DNA of 48,989 nucleotides from a virus (Duplodnaviria; Heunggongvirae; Uroviricota; Caudoviricetes): IMG/VR virus record IMGVR_UViG_2541047945_000011; one strand, 5' to 3'. Shown piece by piece: positions 20,492 to 27,793 of this stretch (position 1 is its first letter; each line of letters starts with the position of its first letter). The notes under the pieces were generated by a model. It saw only the letters and a program-made list of their open reading frames with translations, ran no database searches and was not told where the DNA came from. The position numbers and the translations under genes were made by a program.

Positions 20492-22403
20492 TCACTCCTC
20501 CGGACAGCTTCGCTGCCAGTTCTTTAAGGGTTGGCCGGGTCGTCTCTTCTTCCCGGGATTTTGCCAGTACAGCCAGATCAAGCTGCCAGCGTTGCACGGA
20601 CACACGTAATGCCGCGTAGGCATACACCAGGCAGTCCAGCGCTTCGTTACGCCGCTTTTTGTTATCCCACAGCAGACGCATCTTTCCTTTTTCCCACTTC
20701 TCCACAAGCTCTTCCGCGACCAGTTGCTGCGCCTCTGTCTGCGAAAAAATCTCCGGATCATCAGGAAAACGGATGGCATACGACGTGGCTTCATCCGCAG
20801 GCGTGGGCTCGGCTTTCATACGGGCATAGAGAATTTCTTTTGCGGTGTCCGTCCCCACTTCACACAGATAAACGCCCCGCTGATTGCGGGTTTTTGGCAT
20901 GGTGATCACCGGCTTGCCATAAACAGATGCACCTTTTACCGGCAGCACCCGGAAAACACCGTGTTTTTTTGACCTCTGATAGACAATTTCGCCATCGATC
21001 CCCCCGGTGTCCCAGCAGACACGGGAAATGGTCATTTCGGTGCCATCTGCATGGCAGTATTTTTTGTTGATCGCCGCATCCACACGTAACAGCGTCTCTT
21101 CCTCATCAGGACGCCCCATAATGATGATTTTATCCACCAGAAAAGCTTCCTCTCCCGGTGCCCATCCCCAGACATACATCTCAAAACGGTTTCGCTGCGA
21201 GTCAATGCCCGCCGTCAGATAAACCACCCGGGCAGGCACCGCCGCCGTGTAATGCACGACCTTATCCATCAGTACCTGGTGATCGAGTTTTTCGCCCACG
21301 GCCTCTTCCCAGGTCTCGCCCAGCGTGGTGTTCACAAAGGTTTTCAGGCCGTTGGGATCTTTCAGTGCATCCAGCCAGTCATAGACAATCTGTACCCAGG
21401 TGGTGAACGGACTGTACGCTGTCCAGATATGGAACGTGATGGAGCGCGGCGGCGGAATTTCATTATCCGCGGCGCTGAAAAACGTCAGACCGTCACGGGT
21501 CCACATCCCCGTGTTTTCACAGATCCACCGCCCGTTGCTCTGGTCAAGCTCAGACTGATGGATCACGCAGCCATGATGTTCACAGAGGTAGAAAACGCTT
21601 TCGGGGCTGTCCTTCTCCCATTTAAGGCCAAAAGGCGTGGATTCATCGCCAAATTTCAGATACTGCTCCTCCCCACAGTGTGGGCAGGGCACATAAAAAC
21701 GCATGAAATGCGCCGACTCGTTGGCCGCTTTTTCGATCTGGCAGGTGCCTTTGATTTTAGGCGTCGAGCCGCGAATGGATTTGGGCCATACAGAGCCCTC
21801 AATACGTTTATCCCCAAGCAGGGTTGGCGAACCCTCTTTTTCGACATCCGGTTCGAACGAGGAAAGTTCGTCATAGCAGACCACGTCCACGGATTTTTCA
21901 CGGTAGTTTTTGGCGGCAGCGCCGCCCAGGCACCAGAAGCCCACACCCGATGAAAAGCGTTTCAGCGTGAGAGTATTGTCACGATGTTTACGCCCCAGCC
22001 ATGGAGAAAGGTCTTTCAGACATGGCACATCCCGAATCGTCGCCTCCACGTGAGACTTCATAAAATCTTCAGCGGCAGAATCCGTGGGCTGAAAAAGCAG
22101 ACTGTTTCGGGATTTATGCTCAATAAAATACCCGACCACCCCCAGCAACATCTTTGTATAGCCAACACGGGCAGATTTAATCAGATTAACAGTCCGGATC
22201 TGATCATTCCCCATGCTGTTCATGATGGCGATCTGGAACGGCAGCGTTTTCCATTCTCCCTCACCATATGAAGATTCTTTAGGCAGATAATAATTTTGAT
22301 CAGCCCATTCAACTGGCGTCACCGGCAATGCCCTTATCAGGGGCTGTAATGCTGTTGTGACAGCACTCATCATATTATTCAGTTGTTGCTCTGATATATT
22401 CAT
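20475..22403 (-). CDS. A: Terminase large subunit A
   Basis: Start at MNISEQQL (22403); ...VEWADQNYYLPKESSYGEGEWKTLPFQIAIMN...SARVGYTKMLLGV...; lambda-like overlap with Nu1. Confidence 0.95.
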   Translation of the reverse strand: MNISEQQLNNMMSAVTTALQPLIRALPVTPVEWADQNYYLPKESSYGEGEWKTLPFQIAIMNSMGNDQIRTVNLIKSARVGYTKMLLGVVGYFIEHKSRNSLLFQPTDSAAEDFMKSHVEATIRDVPCLKDLSPWLGRKHRDNTLTLKRFSSGVGFWCLGGAAAKNYREKSVDVVCYDELSSFEPDVEKEGSPTLLGDKRIEGSVWPKSIRGSTPKIKGTCQIEKAANESAHFMRFYVPCPHCGEEQYLKFGDESTPFGLKWEKDSPESVFYLCEHHGCVIHQSELDQSNGRWICENTGMWTRDGLTFFSAADNEIPPPRSITFHIWTAYSPFTTWVQIVYDWLDALKDPNGLKTFVNTTLGETWEEAVGEKLDHQVLMDKVVHYTAAVPARVVYLTAGIDSQRNRFEMYVWGWAPGEEAFLVDKIIIMGRPDEEETLLRVDAAINKKYCHADGTEMTISRVCWDTGGIDGEIVYQRSKKHGVFRVLPVKGASVYGKPVITMPKTRNQRGVYLCEVGTDTAKEILYARMKAEPTPADEATSYAIRFPDDPEIFSQTEAQQLVAEELVEKWEKGKMRLLWDNKKRRNEALDCLVYAYAALRVSVQRWQLDLAVLAKSREEETTRPTLKELAAKLSGGVNGYSR

Positions 22404-22884
22404 CGAGTAAATCCGGTAATTTATCCCCCGCCCGCGCACACTGATTTGCCCCCTTCGCAATAAGGGTTTTCAGATGGTCAAGATGGCGCGGTGTTAAATC
22501 AGGAAACTGTCGCTGCATGGATAAAGGGATGGAATCAAGCGTACTGGATAACGCCATTGCCAGCTTGCTGAGAGCAAAAATACAGAACCCGGTATCAATA
22601 AGTTTTCCTTTTGACACCTCATTTTTTAACTGCTGTGTAACAGCCTGTTCTGCTGTCAGTTCCCATCTGGCAATAAGCAATTTCTCCTCATAGTCGTCTT
22701 CGCTATCACCATCAGGCACATCGTTTTTACTTCTTCTCAGATACGATATGTAAAAATCGCGCCAGGCATCCAGATCCAGTTGCCCTCGCTTATTCGATAT
22801 CGGGGCACCCGGCAATTTCTGCAATCTGCGAAGCTGGCGATCGGTCAGACTTAAATGCCTGGCAACTTCAGTCTGCGTAGCCAC
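22375..22884 (-). CDS. nu1: Terminase small subunit Nu1-like
   Basis: 169 aa; N-terminal HTH; C-terminal region resembles lambda Nu1; begins about 190 nt from cos as in lambda. Confidence 0.8.
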   Translation of the reverse strand: MATQTEVARHLSLTDRQLRRLQKLPGAPISNKRGQLDLDAWRDFYISYLRRSKNDVPDGDSEDDYEEKLLIARWELTAEQAVTQQLKNEVSKGKLIDTGFCIFALSKLAMALSSTLDSIPLSMQRQFPDLTPRHLDHLKTLIAKGANQCARAGDKLPDLLDEYIRATTE

Positions 22885-23067
22885 TCCTCACCTCGCAAAA
22901 ACTCTCACTTCACAATCACAACAAAACCGGTCATGTCCGGCTTACATGTCTATTTTTTGTGCATGTCCGGTTCACAGAAGACCTCTTTTTTTATTTTTCA
23001 TATAGTTAACTTGAAGAGAAACCGGACATGGTTCCCGGAAAATTTTCATAAATAGCGAAAACCCGCG

Positions 23068-23079
23068 AGGTCGCCGCCC
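23068..23079 (-). other. cos: cos cohesive-end site (cosN 12-nt overhang GGGCGGCGACCT), with cosB towards Nu1
   Basis: Reverse complement of 23041-23079 is GGGCGGCGACCTCGCGGGTTTTCGCTATTTATGAAAATT, identical to the lambda left end; the flanking 23080-23095 reads ...CAACAGGTTACG, matching the lambda right end. Confidence 0.9.
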
Positions 23080-23227
23080 CGTAACCTGTTGGATCGACGG
23101 AAAGGACCCGAAAACGAGAATGATTATCACTTACAGCAAGAATCGAATCTGATCTATTATGGTGCTTGCTATTATGTGCCGGCACAAGTGCGTCGTTTAC
23201 CGTCATTTCACACAGAGGCATCATCAA

Positions 23228-23479
23228 ATGAAAATCAGAAATATTCTCGCTATCTCCCTTGCAACATCATCCTTCAGTTGCCTGGCATTTAAATCCTCGC
23301 CCAATGTGCTACCAGGACCAACGAATCAACTAACTGCGGTAGAAAGTAAAATTATCGGACATTTTTATGCCCCACACAGTGCATTACCCGGAACAACCAT
23401 CACAGGGACATGTGACGCCTCCCCCGTCCCGGGATGCACCTGTCCGTTTTGTACTATGCTGCGTAGCCAAAACCGATAA
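23228..23479 (+). CDS. Small secreted cysteine-containing protein (83 aa)
   Basis: ATG at 23228 with GAGG about 10 nt upstream; signal-peptide-like N-terminus MKIRNILAISLATSSFSCLA; mature part has 5 Cys (TGTCDASPVPGCTCPFC). Confidence 0.4.
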   Translation: MKIRNILAISLATSSFSCLAFKSSPNVLPGPTNQLTAVESKIIGHFYAPHSALPGTTITGTCDASPVPGCTCPFCTMLRSQNR

Positions 23480-23540
23480 CATCCGCATTTACCTGGTATT
23501 ACATGATGAGTTCACGCAGCGACTGATAGAGGAAGGAAAG

Positions 23541-23720
23541 ATGGTTAGTAAAAGCAAGGCGCATTGCCGCCGCATGCTGCAGGCATTGCAACAGACGAGA
23601 GCAGGTATTTTTGACCAGTTGGAAAACTGCCAGCATACTTTGCCCGAGTATATCGCCATCTCATCGGAAACCAGTGCAACTCTTATTCATCGGGTTCCAC
23701 CAGAGAAAAAGAAGAAATGA
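23541..23720 (+). CDS. Small basic protein (59 aa) downstream of the secreted peptide gene
   Basis: ATG at 23541 with strong RBS GGAAGGAAAG; MVSKSKAHCRRMLQALQQTRAG.... Confidence 0.35.
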   Translation: MVSKSKAHCRRMLQALQQTRAGIFDQLENCQHTLPEYIAISSETSATLIHRVPPEKKKK

Positions 23721-23842
23721 ACAGTGAGGCGTTGTGTGGCATACAACGCCTTCTTCCATCATTCCTCGTCAGCCATGACAAAAATATAACCGCTGGCTCT
23801 TTCATTTTTCTCCTGCGTCCAGCCCCTCTCTACCTGGAAGCA

Positions 23843-24169
23843 TCAGGGACGTGACGGCGTAAAGATAAATTGTCTCTTCACTCCCTGACAGGGGCGATTC
23901 TTTTCAAATCGCCATTTCGCCATGGCCTTCACCACTTCATCACGAAACAAATTATGAGGCTCTGAGCGGAGAAAAACGATCCGTGTCACAGTCCCATCAG
24001 CACCAATATCGAACTTAACCTCAACCAGCCCCTTGATATAATTTGCTGCAGCATATTCCGGATATCGTGGATACACCGTCACTAATTGCCGGGGCTCATC
24101 AGCTTTTTGCTGTGAGCATCCCACTGCCAGGACAGATAACAGAAAAAGTAGTAAAAGGCGTCTTTTCAT
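23843..24169 (-). CDS. Lipoprotein with TonB C-terminal-like domain
   Basis: MKRRLLLLFLLSVLAVGC lipobox; YPRYPEYAAANYIKGLVEVKFDIGADGTVTRIVFLRSEP...AMAKWRF resembles the TonB_C fold. Occupies the lambda bor-like moron position between Rz and cos. Confidence 0.55.
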   Translation of the reverse strand: MKRRLLLLFLLSVLAVGCSQQKADEPRQLVTVYPRYPEYAAANYIKGLVEVKFDIGADGTVTRIVFLRSEPHNLFRDEVVKAMAKWRFEKNRPCQGVKRQFIFTPSRP

Positions 24170-24479
24170 TTTTATTCCTACGGGTCTTATTCTGACAATA
24201 TATCCTGTGTTCCAGACTGCCACATCACCACATCCTGTGCCATTATCTGACTCACATTACATACATCGCATCGGGATACAGTAGTAGCACTTTCTGTAAT
24301 ACAGCTTCCTGTTTCTTCCACCATCGCACCGGGATAAACCCGCGAATCATTAACGCGGTAAAAACCCGGTGTGCATCGTTTTTAATTATCCCCGCACACT
24401 CGCGCAGAGGAGTCTCCCTGTCGGGCTGCGGTCTCTGTTAATGAGGGAATATAGCGACGATACGGCGCATCAACAAAAC

Positions 24480-24953
24480 TTATTTCAGGCACTGAGTGCG
24501 GATATAGTCCTGTGCCCCTTCCAGTTGCTTGTGCATCGTCATCAGCCGCTCTCTGAGGGTGAAATAATCCCGTGTAACGGTGTCTGCCAGTTGGGGGCCG
24601 GTTGCATTATCCACGCCGGAGGTGGTGGGGGCTTCACGCACGGAGCCTGGACAGGTGGCGTTGATCCGCAGGCGCTTACGACCAGCGGCAACGTCAGCGC
24701 GAAGAGTTTCATTTTCAGCTCTCGCATCGGCTAATTCCCTCGAGTATTTTGCATCGAGCGCAGCAACATCGCGCTGGCGCACCTGCATATCAGTAATGGT
24801 TGCGTTCGCCAGCTTCAGTTCACTGGCTTTGTTATCGCGCTGCGCTTTGTAGGTAATCGCGTTATCACGGTAATGGTCTGTTGCCATCCACAGCGCACCA
24901 CAGGCCACCAGCAGAATAACGATAAACGCGGAAAGCATTCGGTTTATGTTCAC
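24480..24953 (-). CDS. Rz: i-spanin Rz
   Basis: ...[14 protein letters not shown]...[42 protein letters not shown]...[17 protein letters not shown] matches lambda Rz. Confidence 0.9.
   Translation of the reverse strand: MNINRMLSAFIVILLVACGALWMATDHYRDNAITYKAQRDNKASELKLANATITDMQVRQRDVAALDAKYSRELADARAENETLRADVAAGRKRLRINATCPGSVREAPTTSGVDNATGPQLADTVTRDYFTLRERLMTMHKQLEGAQDYIRTQCLK
24542..24727 (-). CDS. Rz1: o-spanin Rz1, embedded in Rz in the +1 frame
   Basis: ...[10 protein letters not shown]...[30 protein letters not shown] matches lambda Rz1; lipobox present. Confidence 0.85.
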   Translation of the reverse strand: MRELKMKLFALTLPLVVSACGSTPPVQAPCVKPPPPPAWIMQPAPNWQTPLHGIISPSESG

Positions 24954-25081
24954 CCCAGCAACCCCGACGAAGACAACATCATCCAGGCCATGGAAAGAAA
25001 AAGAGCAACCAGCATTAGTGAAAATGAAATGCCGACAATTACACAGAGGATCTTCGCCAGCGTTATGAGTTTGTCTGACAT
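24950..25081 (-). CDS. Tiny membrane protein (43 aa) inserted between endolysin and Rz
   Basis: ATG at 25081 with GGGAGGA RBS; single TM ([26 protein letters not shown]); its stop overlaps the Rz GTG start (GTGA). Confidence 0.4.
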   Translation of the reverse strand: MSDKLITLAKILCVIVGISFSLMLVALFLSMAWMMLSSSGLLG

Positions 25082-25095
25082 GCTTAATCCTCCCT

Positions 25096-25278
25096 TCACG
25101 ATTTCAACGCAATGACCAGTTTTGCCAGCCCATACAGCATCGGGGACACAGCAACACCGACCGCCACCCACTTAATGGCAAAAGCCAGTGCTCTGCTGAT
25201 GTCATCAGTTACAGGCGCTTTCAGTTCAAGGCCATTTTTCATAGTCAACCTCAACAGAATTCGTTTACACTTCGCCAT
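25096..25278 (-). CDS. Small membrane-anchored protein (60 aa) inserted between endolysin and Rz
   Basis: ATG at 25278 with AGGGAG RBS; basic N-terminus, C-terminal TM ([29 protein letters not shown]); its stop overlaps the RBS of the next gene. Confidence 0.4.
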   Translation of the reverse strand: MAKCKRILLRLTMKNGLELKAPVTDDISRALAFAIKWVAVGVAVSPMLYGLAKLVIALKS

Positions 25279-25434
25279 GTTCTCCCTTGCCTTACTCAAG
25301 GTCAGAAACACAAAACCTCGCTTGGTGCCAACAAACGGGGTTTTTACTTTTATTCACTTACGTTTCGCCAGTTCGCAGGATTTCGTGTTATCCGCCCGCG
25401 TGGCCATTCCTCATTTTTCAGCAAAATATTCTGC

Positions 25435-25968
25435 TTATCTGTCGATACCCCAGCACGCCAGCGCGCTCTCCTGGTCACGACGGGATACCTGACCGTAACA
25501 GTTGTTTGAACGAATACGGCAGTCTCTGCCACCGTCCTTAATCCACCAGCGAATCGCTTCGCAGGCACCTTTTCGATCACCAGCATTAATTCGTCTGTAA
25601 AACGTCGACGGGAAACACTTACCGGGACCAATGTTGTACGGACAGAATGACGCGATCCCCGCTTTCTGGGGTTCGGTCAGCGGCACTCTGATGTTTTTCT
25701 CCACCCACGCCAGCGCTTTATCACGCTCAATGGCGTTAACCTGGTCGCATTTTTCCTTCGACAACTTCATGCCCGGAACGACAGGTTTGCCATCCACCAT
25801 GATGGCACCACGGCAGATGGTCCAGATACCTGCACCATCACGGTATGCTGTGGTGTGGTTGCCTTCCTTTTCATCCAGAAACTGGTCGAGAATGTCAGGC
25901 GCAGGCGCACCAGCGGCAATCAGCGCCAGAACGGCAGCCGACAGGCCGTATTTGATTTTGGTGTTCAT
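25435..25968 (-). CDS. R: SAR endolysin (T4-lysozyme-like muramidase)
   Basis: N-terminal signal-anchor-release segment (YGLSAAVLALIAAGAPA), then E...D...T catalytic pattern (EGNHTTAYRDGAGIWTICRG); resembles phage 21 R / P1 Lyz. Confidence 0.9.
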   Translation of the reverse strand: MNTKIKYGLSAAVLALIAAGAPAPDILDQFLDEKEGNHTTAYRDGAGIWTICRGAIMVDGKPVVPGMKLSKEKCDQVNAIERDKALAWVEKNIRVPLTEPQKAGIASFCPYNIGPGKCFPSTFYRRINAGDRKGACEAIRWWIKDGGRDCRIRSNNCYGQVSRRDQESALACWGIDR

Positions 25969-26004
25969 GGATATATTAAATATTCAGCCGCTGTCCCTGG
26001 CCCA

Positions 26005-26895
26005 CTAAATACGCACTTTAAGATAAGTCAGCCCCGGATGAAGCCAGTAAGCCGGCACTTTTTTAAAGGGTGGAGTATTAAAATCACGAAGAAGAGCCTC
26101 CCGCACAATTGCATCCTTATCAGCACCACTGGCCAGCGCTTCAATCTCAGCGGCTACCTGAAGATATCCCATGCAACGGCCAACGCGCTTCATCAGCCCC
26201 TGCTTTTTATTGTTCTTCAGGTAATCAATGGCAAATTCAATGAGCTCCTCACTGTGCTGGTGCGATGGAGGTGTTACTTTCCCATTTTCTGAGATGGTTA
26301 TTTTCCCAGCATCACCGGATACAACAAAGGATGGCCGGTTACACTCCCATTCCAGCTCACTGAAATTATCATTATGAATACTGAAACACTCTGCGAGATT
26401 TCTGCTCATCACTTTCCGACAATAATCGTCAAACGCAGCAAACTGCTTTTCATCGCCAGAAGGCACCAATATCGACCATTTCTTATTCAGCTCAACGACG
26501 TAGCTCTCCAGTTTTTCAATACGTGATTCAACATCATCTTTTTCTGACCGCAGTGTTGACGGCGGCATCTTCAGAGAACAAGTAATTCTTCCCGGTAGCT
26601 TTCCTTTGTAGGTTATCAACACATCCTGCGCCTCTAAAATTACGGGGCGCTTTTCCGGCAACGGTTCGTTCCATTCACATAACCCGGCAGCAACATCCAT
26701 GAAAAACTGCTTCGCCTGCTTTTTCGCCTCAGCTTCGTAAAACTCCAGCGTGGCACCTTCAGTACGGTCAAGACTAATCGCCACATCTGGCAACAACAGC
26801 GACGCTTGCCCGTCACCTTCCGGCTTCACAGTAACAGTAACCTTATCCCCGTAATTATTTATCCCCTTAACAACCAGTTCATATTTTTTATTCAT
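26005..26895 (-). CDS. Hypothetical 296-aa protein inserted between holin and endolysin
   Basis: ATG at 26895 four nt after the S stop, with GGGGAGAG RBS inside the S 3' end; no recognised domain, no signal peptide. Confidence 0.6.
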   Translation of the reverse strand: MNKKYELVVKGINNYGDKVTVTVKPEGDGQASLLLPDVAISLDRTEGATLEFYEAEAKKQAKQFFMDVAAGLCEWNEPLPEKRPVILEAQDVLITYKGKLPGRITCSLKMPPSTLRSEKDDVESRIEKLESYVVELNKKWSILVPSGDEKQFAAFDDYCRKVMSRNLAECFSIHNDNFSELEWECNRPSFVVSGDAGKITISENGKVTPPSHQHSEELIEFAIDYLKNNKKQGLMKRVGRCMGYLQVAAEIEALASGADKDAIVREALLRDFNTPPFKKVPAYWLHPGLTYLKVRI

Positions 26896-26899
26896 CACT

Positions 26900-27115
26900 T
26901 TACTCTCCCCGCGCCGCCTTACGCCGGTCCTCTTTGATTTTGAAATACAGGTTAGTCAGGTACGTCAGCAGCCCAAACAGCAGACTCCCCAGCACGCCTA
27001 TTGCCGCCCACTGAGACGGGGAAACCCTGTCCAGCAACTGCAGGAACCAGTAGCCCGTTCCCACCGCTGACGTGGTGTATGACACACCTGTTGTGATTTT
27101 TTCCATCTGGTACAT
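26900..27115 (-). CDS. S: Pinholin (phage 21 S21-like), dual-start motif MYQM
   Basis: [71 protein letters not shown], near-identical in pattern to S21 (71/68 aa). Confidence 0.9.
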   Translation of the reverse strand: MYQMEKITTGVSYTTSAVGTGYWFLQLLDRVSPSQWAAIGVLGSLLFGLLTYLTNLYFKIKEDRRKAARGE

Positions 27116-27191
27116 ACCCCGTCTCCCGTTATCCGGAAGCTCACAACAATATAAAGACCACCGGCACACACCGATGGTCCCTTGCGCAGGC

Positions 27192-27437
27192 TTACATCAT
27201 CATGTCGCTGTCAGGTGTGGGTTCACCGCCATCTGAAGCACTCCCGTCACCCGCGATACCTTCCGGCTCCGGAACCGCTGGTACGCCCAGCAGCTCATCC
27301 AGAATGGCATCCACTTCTGCATCAAGACGCGACTCAAGGTTCTGGCGGAGTTTCTGTTTCAGTGCGCTCAGGACTTCTTCAGAGCGCAGGACTTCCTTCA
27401 CTGCCTCAGCAGTGACCAGGGATGTGATTTCTGACAT
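27192..27437 (-). CDS. Small acidic protein (81 aa) upstream of the holin
   Basis: ORF from [17 protein letters not shown]...; weak RBS; low confidence. Confidence 0.3.
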   Translation of the reverse strand: MSEITSLVTAEAVKEVLRSEEVLSALKQKLRQNLESRLDAEVDAILDELLGVPAVPEPEGIAGDGSASDGGEPTPDSDMMM

Positions 27438-27474
27438 GGGATTTTCTCGTTGAAAGGTGTTGTCAAGAAAGTGA

Positions 27475-27657
27475 CTACGGAATGAGCGGATCTTCGGGTT
27501 TGCTTCCGGCTGACTGACTGGCGCTGATTCTCTCAGCGGCCCTTTTATCAATCTGCCTGCGCCAGAAATCGCGCACTGCCCTGTACCCACCCGAAAGAAG
27601 ATACATAACACAGACTGCCATACAGAAGTACAGCATTACCTGATGAATAAATGTCAT
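27475..27657 (-). CDS. Small membrane protein (60 aa) downstream of nanS-p
   Basis: N-terminal TM (VMLYFCMAVCVMYLLSG) followed by a charged tail; weak RBS. Confidence 0.3.
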   Translation of the reverse strand: MTFIHQVMLYFCMAVCVMYLLSGGYRAVRDFWRRQIDKRAAERISASQSAGSKPEDPLIP

Positions 27658-27793
27658 AATTTCTTACCGTTATGGTTGACAATGAGAACTGTTTTCATTT
27701 AGAAATGATTGATGTCGAAAGCATCTTTTCTTTACATTCTCCATTGGGATTACCTCCGCCAGCTTCCATTCCTGCCGCTGGCGGCTTTTTTTA

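Noticed and set aside
22855-23055. 66-aa plus-strand ORF spanning the Nu1 start and cosB
   Set aside because: Overlaps the packaging signal region and the Nu1 5' end; no RBS; likely spurious.
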